A stretch of 64,000 bases of DNA, from contig CM059438.1 in NCBI GenBank assembly GCA_030390025.1, positions 66,962,001 to 67,026,000 on the forward strand, given 5' to 3'. Under the pieces are notes generated by a model. The model saw only the letters and a list, made by a program, of their open reading frames with translations. It had not been told where the DNA came from and ran no database searches. The DNA is from Squalus acanthias (lineage: Eukaryota). Shown here piece by piece: positions 1 to 11,688 of the stretch (position 1 is its first letter; each line of letters starts with the position of its first letter). The position numbers and the translations under genes were made by a program.

Positions 1-175
1 TGATTCCAAACACTAACATCGCTAATCTCAATGCACCAAAATCTCCTCCATAACAAAAAAATGCACAAACCATTCCTTCAAGTATTATGTAGCACAGTGC
101 TTGTATTTTGAACCGGTTCCTTCTGCATATATAGGGTTAGCTGTAGCCATGTTGTACATAACCAGAATCAATATT

Positions 176-1105
176 TTTCACCCTATCACAGAACCTTCCC
201 TCTTGTTCTTTCCTCCCCTCCCCGCTTTCCCTGCCTCTGCACTTGCTTAAAACCTGTTACATCTCTAACTTTTTCCAGTTCTAATGAAAGGTCATCGACC
301 TGAAATGTTGGGCTGGATCTTGCCGGGTCCCACCCATACCGTGCGGGGGGACCCGGGAGACGATGGGAAACCCGGAAGTTCAGGTTTCCCGGCACGCTGT
401 GGAGTTTTAACTCCACAGCGTACATGCGACATCAGGGGCGGGTTCCTTGCCCGGAATTCAGCCTGATTGACAAGCTGACTTTCAGTCATGTGGGGAACAT
501 GGACCAGGAGGCCACAGGACAAGGTAAGTGCTGGGCCCAGGCTGGTTGAGGGGGGGGCGGTCCGATCCCTGACCCCAGGGCCGAGACGCGATCCTGGGGC
601 GGGTGGGGGGGGGATGCGTGTTCCACGCCCGGGGAGGGTCCGAACCCCGACCCCGGGGAGGGCCAGGCTGATGGTGGGGGAGCTTGGGGGGCTGTGAGGA
701 AGCACTCCTGCTCCTCCCGGCCCACATGGATTGTTTCCTGAGGCTGAGGCCGCTTCATTGCAGCCACCGGGAATCTCGAGCCCTGGGATCCCCGGCCGCC
801 TGGAGTAAAAGCTGCAAAGCAGGGTTAAAGTAGAGGCTTCAGGCCTCATTATCATATTTAAATTACCAACCCGCCTCCTGGCAGCGGGTTGGCAGCCCGA
901 CCCCGTCCCTCCTGAGTGAAAGGTGAAAGTGGGCGGGTTGGAGGCGGGTTGGGGTCGGGGTTCACATTTTTTCAACTTTCACTTCCCCCCCCCACGCCTC
1001 CAACCCACCCACTCTTACCTCTGAAAATTCCGGCCATTAACTCTGTTTCTCTCTCCACAGTTGCTGTCTGACCTGCTAAGTATTTCCAGCTTTTCTGTTT
1101 TTATT
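176..1105 (+). mobile_element. Penelope-like element 3' tail (pLTR) with decayed hammerhead motif, split by a MITE
   Basis: AGTT-CTAATGA-A-AGGTC-ATC-GACCT-GAAATGTT (277-309) continues after the MITE as AACTCTGTTTCTCTCTCCACAG; matches the uninterrupted copy at 7221-7313; flanked by TCAATATT direct repeat (168-175, 1106-1113). Confidence 0.75.
310..1036. mobile_element. Non-autonomous PIF/Harbinger-type MITE
   Basis: Imperfect TIRs GGGCTGGATCTT / AAATTCCGGCCA; cleanly interrupts the PLE tail; GC-rich, no credible coding capacity. Confidence 0.75.
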
Positions 1106-1423
1106 TCAATATTATCGTGGGCACAGTGGGTTACGTTAGTGTGCTTGCTTCCCTGAATTATAATTTTATGGTAATTCTGAAGCCTAACTCTTAAAACAAC
1201 AGCATGTGCGAACAAAGAAAGGTCTGCAAGGTTTAAACCGAAACATTCCCAGAGTGTTGCAATTCAGTTTGTGTGGGATAAAGGGATACGACAAGACAAC
1301 AAACAGCAATTAAAAGCTGTTGTCGCCATTCTCAATGTCTAAGTGCACTGTGAATCAAAAGAAAAAAGGGGTTGCCACATCCACTGTGAATAATCTGGTT
1401 TTAATCCAAAATGTTTGTATATA

Positions 1424-1790
1424 ATCCCTCTATGGTCTCGCCTCTCCCTATCTCTGTAATATCCTCCAGCCCTACAACCGGCGGAGATATCTGCCTCCTC
1501 CAGTTCTGGCCTCTTGAGCATCCCCGATTTTAATCGCTCCACCATTGGTGGCCGTGCCTTCAGCTGCCTGGGCCCTAAGCTCTGGAATTCCCTCCCTAAA
1601 CCTCTCTGCCTCTCTACCTCTCTTTCCTCCTTTAAGACGCTGCTTAAAACCTACCCGTCATTTGCCTTAATATCTCCTTATGTGCCTCGGTGTCAAATTT
1701 TGCTTGCTAACACTCCTATGAAGCGCCTTGGGACGTTTTACTACGTTAAAGGTGCTATATAAACACAAGTTTTTCTTGTTACTGTTGTAA
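1424..1790 (+). mobile_element. L2-type LINE 3' fragment
   Basis: Residual translation STIGGRAFSCLGPKLWNSLP; tail AAAGGTGCTATATAAA; homologous to 7930-8425, 20935-21356, 61650-62045. Confidence 0.75.
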
Positions 1791-2564
1791 TCTCTGATAG
1801 CTAAATACAAATTGCATCGTAGCAAGGGACATCTTAGAGGAAGAATTTAAGGTGACTCATTGCTGAGAGAGCAAACAACAGTTGGTTTATGAGAGAATGT
1901 TATACCAGAGGGATGCTTTTAGATAGTTTCCACAAAAGGACCTCTTTGCAAAATCACCAAGTTGAAAAGAATTAGGATTAACTGTGTTATCTATCATTCC
2001 TGTTGATTTCTGCTCCTGAAAAAAATTACATTGTTTTCCTGAAGGATCAGTTACTGAGGGCAAGGCGCATATGCAAGTGAACATTACAGACAAGAAAGGC
2101 TCCAATTATAGTGCCCATATTGAGGCTCAGGCTGAGTCAGCACTAGGGTTCCCAACCCTGCTGGAATGACTGGGAGTTTCCCGGAATCGGGAGTTCCTAT
2201 CCCAGCCTCTAGCAGCCCGGGAGATCAGCTATTTAAATTTCCCGCCACAGTGCGCCCACATGAACAACACATGTGAGGCACTGTAAATAATGAGTAACTG
2301 TTAGCCTGGTGTCGGGAGTCAGGACCAGGTTAAGCTGCATTCATTTTAAACGGAATTATTTCCCCGCCTTTTCCACGGGGCTCATCACCGGCTATTGCTC
2401 AGTACTGGCACCCGCAGAGAGCCGCAACCAGCCGGGAGGGGAGTCGGGAATCAGAGGTGGGTGGTGGGGGGCTCTGAAATCAGAAGAGCTCTGAAATTTG
2501 GGGGGAGGGGAGGGGTTGGAAGAGAGTGGGAAGGGAGAAAGATGGAGACACAGAATGGAGACTC

Positions 2565-3400
2565 GGGGGAGATGGAGAGTGGGAATGGGGGCTCTGGGGG
2601 AGATGGAGAGTGGGGAATGGGGGCTCTGGAGGGAAATGGAGAGTGGGGAATGGGGGCTCTGGGGGAGATGGAGAGTGGGGAATGGGGGCTCTGGGGGAGA
2701 TGGAGAGTGGGGAATGGGGGCTCTGGGGGAGATGGAGAGTGGGGAATGGGGGCTCTGGGGGAGATGGAGAGTGGGGAATGGGGGCTCTGGGGGAGATGGA
2801 GAGTGGGGAATGGGGGCTCTGGGGGAGATGGAGAGTGGGGAATGGGGGCTCTGGAGGGAAATGGAGAGTGGGGAATGGGGGCTCTGGGGGAGATGGAGAG
2901 TGGGGAATGGGGGCTCTGGGGGAGATGGAGAGTGGGGAATGGGGGCTCTGGGGGAGATGGAGAGTGGGGAATGGGGGCTCTGGGGGAGATGGAGAGTGGG
3001 GAATGGGGGCTCTGGGGGAGATGGAGAGTGGGGAATGGGGGCTCTGGGGGAGATGGAGAGTGGGGAATGGGGGCTCTGGGGGAGATGGAGAGTGGGGAAT
3101 GGGGGCTCTGGGGGAGATGGAGAGTGGGGAATGGGGGCTCTGGGGGAGATGGAGAGTGGGGAATGGGGGCTCTGGGGGAGATGGAGAGTGGGGAATGGGG
3201 GTTCTGGGGGAGATGGAGAGTGGGGAATGGGGGCTCTGGGGGAGATGGAGAGTGGGGAATGGGGGCTCTGGGGGAGATGTAAAGTGGGAATGGGGGCTTT
3301 GGGGGAATGGAGAATGGGGAATGGGGGCTCTGGGGGAGATGGAGAGTGGGGAATGGGGGCTCTGGGGGAGATGGAGAGTGGGGAATGGGGGCTCTGGGAA
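2565..3400. repeat. G-rich 32-bp minisatellite (about 26 units)
   Basis: Unit GGGGGAGATGGAGAGTGGGGAATGGGGGCTCT; the 32-aa periodicity of the overlapping ORFs equals 3 units. Confidence 0.95.
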
Positions 3401-3771
3401 TGGTGACTTGGGGGAGATGGAGACTGGGGACTGGGGTGGGCTTGGAGCCCAGCATTTCCCACAGAACCGGGAGCAGCAGCAGCAGCAAGGTGGTGAGTGG
3501 GAGCAGCACTGAGAGACGAGGAGCCAGTAAAGGGGGAAGAGAGAAACCTGGGAACCTTACTGTGGGTAAACAGTGAATGATTATTTCCACTGCTGGGTGA
3601 ATGGGGAACTAGGGAACGGAAACCTAGGTTTCTCACTGGGAAAAATGAGGGGGAAGGGAGGAGGAAGAAGATTCTTGAACTGAGTGCGATGAGACCGTGG
3701 GATCCTATTCCACATGTGGCTATTGGGGTAGAGACAAAAACTTCATTTCAAAGGGAATAGGATAAATAATT

Positions 3772-3848
3772 GATCATGTGATCAGATGTCACATGATCAG
3801 ATGTCACAGGATCAAACATCACATGGTCAGATGTCATGTGGTCAGAAT
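3772..3848. repeat. 15-bp subterminal repeats of the hAT element
   Basis: About 5 copies of GATCAGATGTCACAT-like unit; adjacent to the right TIR once the nested insert is removed. Confidence 0.7.
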
Positions 3849-5509
3849 ATCGCGTGGTTTGTGTCAGCTTCACCTTTGACTTCTGAGCGGTTCGAATCGC
3901 TCCCACTCCCTTGGTTCTAGACCTTGGACCTATTTGGGGGTTGTGACAAAAGGTGCAGCAGACAATTGAGTTTGATGAAAGAACTTCAATCTTTATTAAA
4001 AAGGTAAAACACAAATAATAACACTCTTAACACTCTAAAGGTGGGGAACACTTCGGTACAAGCCAGGGAAATGACAGTAGAACAATACTTCACCCCTCCC
4101 AACCCCACTTTACTAGTTAAGTTAGGCTTTGAAGGACCAGGGATAATGTTCACCAATCCTTTGACAGTTGGGCTAAATCGCGGTTTTGGGGTTCGCTGTT
4201 TATGGCGGTTAGTGTCTGCCGTACCCCGTACGTGGTAGAGGACTTCACCTGCGTATCTGGTCAGTCTTCGCGAGTCCGCTGATGCGGTAGGATGTTGTTT
4301 TGGATCTATCTGGTGAGTACCCAATTTCTTTTGGTTAGCAATAGGGTTTAGAGTCTTTGGGAAAATCTTACCCAGGGTTAAGTCAGGAGTAGTTTGTAGA
4401 GTGGAAACTTTGCGGTTCTTCGGGTTTTCTTCCCTTGAGTTGGTCTTTTTTGGTTGCGGTGGCTTGCTATTACCCGGTCAGTTGGGGGTAATATGCGATT
4501 GTTGGTTTCGTGAGGCCTTTGGTTTCCGCGATGGTTTTAGGCCTTGTCTAGTGTGTCGGTCGACCTCGTGGAGCCGTTGGTGGCTTTTCGGCTTGTTGCT
4601 CCGGGTGACTGTGTTGGGACCGTTGTTGGAGGTCCGTCGAGGTGGTATCTTCACGAGCTGGACTCAGGTGTGTCTGAGTGGTGAGCGATCCCGACTCTCT
4701 TTCAGCTCGACTTGGGTCTATGATGTTGCTCCTTGTCTCCACACTCGACTGTGTGTGTGATGCTGATGACCCGCTTGTCTCGACTGTTGAACCGCTTAAC
4801 AGGCCTTCAATTATACCAAGTTGAAGTGGCCTTATCTGCCCGCCAAATCTGCTCAGTTCATTGTCTGGTTTTGGCGGGCTCGTTAACGGTAACGACTTTA
4901 CTAGCGTGCTAACTGGTTTTGAACAGGCCTTCAATCTCACCCATTGAGCATGGCCTTATCTGCGCGCCAAATCTGCTCGATTCTTTGTCTGATTTTGGCG
5001 GGCTAGTTACCAGTAACTGTTCTGTAAGTGTCAAATGGCTTTTGGGATGGCTTGCATCCTGTCGATCTCCTCGGTTGATCACTGGTGATTGATTTCGTGT
5101 TTGGGTTTCTAGGCTGGACTCGGTCTTTCTATAGAATGGGCCTCAGTGGGTTTTATTATGCATGTTTCTGATGGGCCCTGTAATCGGTTTTGATGGGGCC
5201 TGTATTTTGGGTGGGACTGCTCTTTCCCTGGGTTTATTGTTAAAATGTTAATGTCTGCTGGGGCTTGAGTGAGATCATCCCAGTTCCCCAGACAGTGTAA
5301 TTAACTCCAATATCCAAAATTGCTTTTACAGAGGTCGAACTCACCTCCTTGTCCCTTTACAGGCCCAGACATGTTTTTAAAATGCCAAAACTTGGTTTTT
5401 GGTCTTAAATTCCGTAGGTTAGGCCCAAATGCATTTTTATCACTCTGAGGTAGTTCCAAAGTCCTTTTTCCTTAGGTTTTGGGGATCTGCAAATTTTGGA
5501 AAGCTTACA
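3849..5509 (-). mobile_element. LTR-like insert (probable solo LTR) nested in the hAT element
   Basis: GAAT duplicated at 3845-3848 and 5510-5513; minus strand begins TGTAAG; AATAAA on minus near 3995; internal 124-bp tandem duplication; the other terminus is non-canonical. Confidence 0.55.
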
Positions 5510-5711
5510 GAATGTCTCCAACCCAAGTTGGCAATGCTAGTCAGCACAGTCTCAGTCAGAGCCTTGATATAGGCACTACTGTTTGATACAACATCCCTGG
5601 GCTACTGAGTGGATACAAAACCAGCCAGGGTCCTGGTTCTTGATCACTGTCTGATGACCCATGCCAGAAAGTATATTTTTTGTGGATACTGGGGGAAGGA
5701 AAGATATGTCC

Positions 5712-5758
5712 TAAATTCTGGGAAACTCCAGAACAATCTGGGAGGGTTGGCAACCCTG
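5712..5758. mobile_element. Isolated terminus of a second hAT-type element
   Basis: GGGAAACTCCAG...GGAGGGTTGGCAACCCTG is an inverted relative of the 2144-2185 terminus. Confidence 0.55.
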
Positions 5759-6141
5759 ACGTACCGAGACTGACAGTCTAGTTTATCACATGAGAGATAG
5801 CTCCTTGGACAAGATACCCTGAGCCCCAGAATGAGTCAGCACACCTATGAAAGGAGAAGGGGTGGGAGAATTGTTTCAAGAGTGAGTGCTGATGACATTA
5901 AAGGGGAGAATATCATGATGGAGTTACTGGATATGAGGCCAAGCTCTCGAGTTAGGACTCATTTGATGATTTAGTTGCCCTCTCACCATTGGAATCAATT
6001 CATCCTCAAAGTCTGTACTGTGATATCATAGCGATTCATTGTTCAAACAATAATATTTACAAATCACAAAAGATATCCAAGTTAATGTTCTACTAATACT
6101 GAGAAAGCCTCGATAATGATTTGACTTTTTTTTTGAAACAG

Positions 6142-6162
6142 GGTCCCTTTAAAATACGTGAA
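6142..6162 (+). other. Candidate 21-nt microexon (GPFKIRE if phase 0)
   Basis: CTACTAAT branch-like site near 6090, T-tract + ACAG acceptor, GAA|GTATGT donor, length divisible by 3, lies outside recognisable repeats. Confidence 0.35.
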
Positions 6163-6689
6163 GTATGTAAAGACCCAGGCGATGACAGTTAAATAATGCA
6201 GCACCCCATCATATTAATTAAAAAAGACTGTCAAAAAACCTGCTGGGAGCATTATAGAGAGGTTCAGTTGTGTCCAGCTGTCTGCCCTATCATTAATTTT
6301 CAACTCTGAAGTTTTAGAAAAAGAAGGAAACTGCTGTGTCAGAAACTGAAATAAAGGAATCCGAAATGTCAAAATTTGCAAATACAATGATGAAGTCATT
6401 ATTTGCACAATTCGTTTCATGGCAAGGAGCTTCAAATTAAGTTTTTGATGAGAAGTGATACTCACAGGCACAGAAATGCGAGGGATGGTTCTAACTCTTC
6501 ATGCAGCCCTCCTGTCCCTAATCAATAATTGACACAGCTAGATAAAGTTTATTCTTAGCAGAGTGCCCACCAAGTTGTTCAGGGAGAGGACGCGATAGGA
6601 AGCCATCAGCCCAGGTATCGGTGAGACGTACGGTGCAAAGGTTAATTCCCTTCTGCAACAGATTACCAATTGGCATGTTGCATCAACTT

Positions 6690-7187
6690 CATAGAATCTT
6701 CTAGCACAGAAGGAGGCCATTCAGCCCATCAAGCCCGTGCCGGCCCTTTGAACGACCTATCCAATTAGTCCCACTCCCCTGTTCTTTTCTCCATAGCCCT
6801 GCCAATGTTTCTTTTTCAAGTATTTATCCAATTCCCTTTTGAAAGTTACTATTGAATCTGTTTCCACCGCCCTTTCAGGCAGTACATTCCAGATCATAAC
6901 TTGCTGTGTAAAAAAATAAAATCTTTTCTCCCCTCAGGTTCTCTTTCCAATTGTCTTAAATCGGTGTCCTCTGGTTACCCACCCCAGTGCCAGTGAGAAC
7001 AGTTTCTCCTCAGTTACGCTATCAAAACTCCTCATAATTTTTGAGATTATATCTCCCCTTAACCTTCTCTGCCACAAAGAGAACAATCCCAGCTTCTCCA
7101 GTCTTTTCATATAACTGAAGTCCCTCAACCCTGGTATCATTCAAGTAAATCTCCTCTGCACCCTCTCCAAGGCCTTGACATTCCTTT
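6690..7187 (-). mobile_element. CR1-type LINE 3' fragment
   Basis: ORF 6934-7140 (RLEKLGLFSL..RRLRGD..TRGHRFK) is the CR1 ORF2 C-terminus; typical 3' UTR. Confidence 0.9.
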
Positions 7188-7220
7188 GATCAGTATGTGC
7201 ACTGAGTCAATGATCTGGGG

Positions 7221-7313
7221 TAAAAACAGAAAACGCTGGAAATACTCAGCATGTCAGGCAGCATCTGTGGAGAGAGAAACAGAGTTAACGTTTCAGGTCG
7301 ATGACCCTTCGTC
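7221..7313 (-). mobile_element. Penelope-like element tail, truncated at the hammerhead CUGA box
   Basis: Minus strand TGACGA-A-GGGTC-ATC-GACCT-GAAACGTT-AACT; 11-bp TSD ATGATCTGGGG at 7210-7220 and 7314-7324. Confidence 0.8.
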
Positions 7314-7929
7314 ATGATCTGGGGGCTAGTTTGGACAGGGGTTGACCATCATCTGGAAATCATAGAGTTCGAGCACAGTGCCTTTCATTTATTTGTTTGC
7401 CCTTCCTTTACTACCTTTGGTTCAGTTTTGTGCTTTATTTGGAAGGGGGAGTGAATTTATCTGACAGTTTCTTCTGTGCTTTGTGACGCTGATGTTGTGC
7501 TGTATATTGGCCTTTCTCTTTATACTGGTTCTTGTAGTTTGTGGTTCAATTAAAACATTTCTAAATTAAACTTAAGTCTTAATGAGTTAAACACTGCCAA
7601 AGCTCTTATAAATTCGCCAGTGACATGTTGAAGAGCAAAACTGAACAGAAATATTTTTTTGAAAATTAAACTATTACAAACGTTAACATCTATTTATTTT
7701 TAACAATTCCTGGTTTCCTGTTGATTTTAGGGAGGTGTACGTTTGGTTTAAACCAGGAGGTGAAATTCCCCTTTGTCCGAAAACTGGGCATTAATGGAAT
7801 TTTGGCCTGTCTATGTAAGTTCACCGTCAGTAGTTCAACACTCTACTCCATGGGTTATGGAAGCTCAGGGGCCTCAGATGTGTTGCAGACCTGAGTATCC
7901 AATTCTAAATCACCTGTAATAATACTGCT

Positions 7930-8425
7930 GAACAACAACATCCATTTATATAGATCCTTTAACATAGTAAACCATCCCAAGGTGTTTCACAGGCGTGTTA
8001 TTAAAACAATATTTGACAGCGCGCTACGTAAAGAGATATCAGGGCAGGGGACCAAATGCTTGGTCAAAGAGGTAGGTTTTAAGGAGTGACTTAAAGGAGG
8101 ACAGAGAAGCGGAGAGGTTTAGGGAGGGAATTCCAGAGTTTAGGGCCCAGGCAGCTGAAGGCACGCCCGCCAATGATGGAGCGATGAAAATCGGGGATGC
8201 CCAAGAGGCCAAGAGTGCAGAGATCTCAGAGGATTGCAGGGCTGGAGGAGGTCACAGAGATAGGGAGGGACAAAGCCATGGAAGTTTTTGAAAACACTGA
8301 TGAGAATTTTAAAATTGTGATGATGCCGGACCAGAAGCCAATGTAGGTGCATAGGGGTGATGGGTAAATGGGACTTGGTGTGAGTTAGGATACGGACTAC
8401 AGATTTTTGGATGAGCTCAAATCTA
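7930..8425 (-). mobile_element. L2-type LINE 3' fragment
   Basis: ORF 8140-8451 with ITPM.LHWL.V...FKIL motif; homologous to the other L2 tails. Confidence 0.8.
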
Positions 8426-8756
8426 CTGAATGAAACTAATGAAACAACCACTTGGCCAAATTAAGTAGTGCATTGTTGGGCCAATCCCACAGCAAGAGGC
8501 GCAAGTTCGTTTTGAAGTGATGGGACAGTGTGGGCAGCATAAACCCAGGTTTACTGAGGATAATCTGCAGCTCATAGCAAATGGCAAGAAGGCACAGCAA
8601 GTGCTCTGTATGGTGTGCCGGAGGTAAAACAAGTGTGGGAGGCCATTGCATGTGATGTGTAACCTCAAGACAAAGGCCAGGGTGAGCAGCGTGGATGACC
8701 AGAAGTAAACATGGGCTGCCATTTATGTATGGAAAACCATTTATACCAATCAGGTC

Positions 8757-10297
8757 GACCTCTACCGTGCGGAGGCTGAACGCCAACTCTCTGACACCTC
8801 CTCCTACCTCCCCCTGAACCATGACCCCACTACCAAACATCAAGCCATTGTTTCCAAGACTGTCACTGACCTCATCTCCTCTGGAGATCGTCCCTCCATG
8901 GCTGTCAACCTCATAGTTCCCCAACCCCGCACAGCCCGTGTCTACCTCTTTCCCAAGATCCCCAAACAGGGCTGCCCTGGTCGACCCATCGTTTCAGCCT
9001 GTTCTTGCCCCACGGAACTGATTTCTTCCTATCTCGACTCTATTTTTTCTCCCCTTGTCCAGTCCCTTCCCACCTACATTCGCGACTCTTCCGATGCCCT
9101 CCGCCACTTTAACAGTTTCCAGTTTCCTGGTCCCAACCGTCTCTTTTCACAATGGATGTCCAATCCCTCTACACCTCTATCCCCCACCAGGACAGCCTGA
9201 GGGCGTCCGCTTCTTCCTTGAACAGAGGCCCAACCAGTCCCCATCCACCACCACCCTCCTCCGCCTGGCTGAAGTGATTTCCAAATAAAACTGTTGGACT
9301 ATAACCTGGTGTTGTGCGACCTCTCAATTTTGAACTTGTTCTCCCATTGAACAACTTCTCCTTTGGCTCCACTCACTTCCTCCAAATTAAAGGTGTTACT
9401 ATGGGAACCCGCATGGGTGCTAGCTATGCCTGCCTTTTCGTGGGATATGTGGAACATTCTTTGTTCCAGTCCTACTCAGGTCCCCTCCCTCACATATTTT
9501 CCGGTACATTGATGACTGTATCGGTGCCGTTTCCTGCTCTCGCCTGGAACTAGAAAATTTCATTCACTTTGCTTCCAATTTTCATCCTTCCCTCACCTTC
9601 ACATGGTCCATCTCCGACTCTTCCCTTCCCTTCCTTGACTTCTCTGTTTCCATTTCTGGGGATAGGCTATCGACAAACATCCACTATAAACTCACTGACT
9701 CCCACAGCTACCTGGCCTACACTTCTTCCCACCCCGCTCCCTGTAAGGACTCTATTCCATTCTCCCAGTTTCTCCGTCTCCGCCGCATCTGTACTGACGA
9801 TGCCACCTTCCATACTAGTGCTTCCGATATGTGTTCCTTTTTCCCCAACCGAGGATTCCCCTATACCGTGGTTGGCATGGCCCTCGACCATGTCCGTTCC
9901 ATTTCCTGCACTTCTGCTCTCTCCCCTTCCCCTCCCTCCCAGAACCACGATAGGGTTCCCCTTGTCCTCACCTTTCACCCCACCAGCCTCCACATTCAAC
10001 GGATCATCCTCCGCCATTTCCGCCACCTCCAACGTGATCCCACCACCAAACACATCTTCCCCTCACCTCCCCTTTCAGCATTCCGAAGGGACCGCTCCCT
10101 CTGCGACACCCTGGTCCACTCCTTTATCACCCCCAACACCCCTTCCCCTTCCCATGGCACCTTCCCATGCAAGCGCAGGAGATGCAACACCTACCCTTTT
10201 ACCTCCTCCCTTCCCACTGTCCAGGGCCCCAAACACTCCTTCCAGGTGAAACAGCGATTTACTTGTACTTCTTGCAATTTAGCATACTGTGTTCGCA
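8757..10297 (+). pseudogene. Penelope-like retroelement RT / pre-GIY-YIG fragment
   Basis: Frameshifted pieces YLFPKIPK..PGRPIVS, QIKGVTMGTRMG, and PLVLTFHP..AFRRDRSL.D.LV..C..RRC..FTCTSCNLAYC (Cys-rich linker before GIY-YIG); truncated at both ends. Confidence 0.9.
9274..9330 (+). mobile_element. 57-bp PLE-tail fragment of a second family inserted in the PLE ORF
   Basis: GTGATTT..AAATAAAACTGTTGGACTATAACCTGGTGTTGTGCGACCTCTCAATTT is near-identical to the reverse complement of 58568-58624; TGAA repeated at 9270-9273 and 9331-9334. Confidence 0.85.
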
Positions 10298-10767
10298 CAA
10301 AAAAATAATTTCGCCCGATTATTAATGACTCCAACAGGAGAACATTGTTGGAAGAGCTACTGAGGTAAAAAAAATAAGAAACCCAAGTTATTACTACAGT
10401 TAATCCAAATTCTGTTAAGTTCAGAAATGTTCTAGGATCATGTCTCCCTAATTCTACTTTGTAATGCTCAGTGCAATGACTGTGCAGTAAATTATTCATC
10501 GTAGATATAATCCAATGGCATATTTTTTGAAGAGGTCGGTTACGAGGTTTTGCTCCTGAGCAGATATGCTAATTATGTGCATACACTGGTGTCTGCAAAT
10601 GACTCTGAATCGCTGGTAATTGTTTCAGGGAAATGTAACTACAGTGTGAAAGCTCACACCATCCAGCGAGGCAATTCTTCAAACTCTGATGGATAGGGAA
10701 GAGCAAGAAGATGCAAAGTTGCACTGCTCATGGGCTTGTGACTTGGCAGATTCTGACTTGAAACTTT

Positions 10768-11452
10768 GGCTCGTATTTTCCGATGCCTACGGGTGTGTAC
10801 GCGCTGTGTACACACCTGTAGGGACATCAGAAATGCTCTTGACAGATCGGACGCCTGCCCTCGAGAAGGGCCTCTGCGGGAGGAGAGTTCCGCTTTCTGC
10901 AGAACCTCTGCCCGCTGAAATCCCTTAAAAATCTTACGCCTGTTAAAAGCAGGCGTAAGGCCTGCTTTTACAAGCGTAAGAGTTGAAAAAAAGTAAAAAG
11001 AAAACTTTTTTCTCTCTCATTTATAATTTAAAAATACTTGAAAAAAAGGTAAGTTTATTTTTAGCCCCGTAAAAAGCTTTAATTATTTTTTTCAAAAAAT
11101 AAAATTTTTGTTTAAAATATTTAATTTAACGTAATTTTAACTCATTTTAAAAATGTGATTTAAAAAAAAATGTATTTAATGTTTTCATGTGTTTTTGGGG
11201 TGATCTCCATTCATACTTTTGACAGGTCTATCTGTCAAAAGTATGAAGGGAGATTCCCTTCTCCTATTGGCTGGCCTGGCCCACGTGATCCCAGGAACAC
11301 TTGCGAACCGCATGCGCCTCTGGGATACGTGGGCCCTGCGCATTTGGACTGTGGAGAGGCCCGGACCTCGGGAGCCCTCAGGTAAGTCCGTAGATTTTTT
11401 TCCGATAGGAGGCATCCACACGCAGGAAGCCTCCTATCGGAAATTACGGGCC
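10768..11452. mobile_element. Harbinger-type MITE (GGCC-TIR group)
   Basis: TIRs GGCTCGTATTTTCCGAT / ATCGGAAATTACGGGCC; subterminal palindromes; AT-rich core shared with 12159-12808 and 43372-44120. Confidence 0.85.
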
Positions 11453-11688
11453 ATTGTGAACGATCCGACTATTCTAAAAGTTTACATGTTGACACTGGAC
11501 ACTGGTCCTCCAGGAGCAAATGAATATTTTGCTGAACCTCACTGAAGGACATCTGTGGGCAAAACAGGCAAGAGATTTTATTCATAACCTTTTCAGTGGC
11601 TGAGGCACATTCATATACTACAAATCAAGTCTGAATGTTTCATTTACGTTAGCAAATGACATTTAGAATGCAGCTGGACAAACACATA

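Larger units (their letters stand above)
2144..5539. mobile_element. Non-autonomous hAT-type DNA transposon (TAGGGTTGCCAAC-like TIR)
   Basis: TIRs TAGGGTTCCCAAC / GTTGGCAATGCTA; perfect 8-bp TSD GTCAGCAC at 2136-2143 and 5540-5547. Confidence 0.8.

Noticed and set aside
292..975. 227-aa Pro/Gly-rich ORF
   Set aside because: Inside a GC-rich MITE; no recognisable domain
2565..3400. CRISPR-like 32-bp periodicity
   Set aside because: Units are contiguous with no unique spacers; eukaryotic context
2392..3636. Five overlapping ORFs of 295-414 aa
   Set aside because: Artefact of a stop-poor 32-bp minisatellite
4401..4940. ORFs in the LTR-like insert as gag or accessory genes
   Set aside because: No recognisable gag/pol/env motifs; short and low complexity
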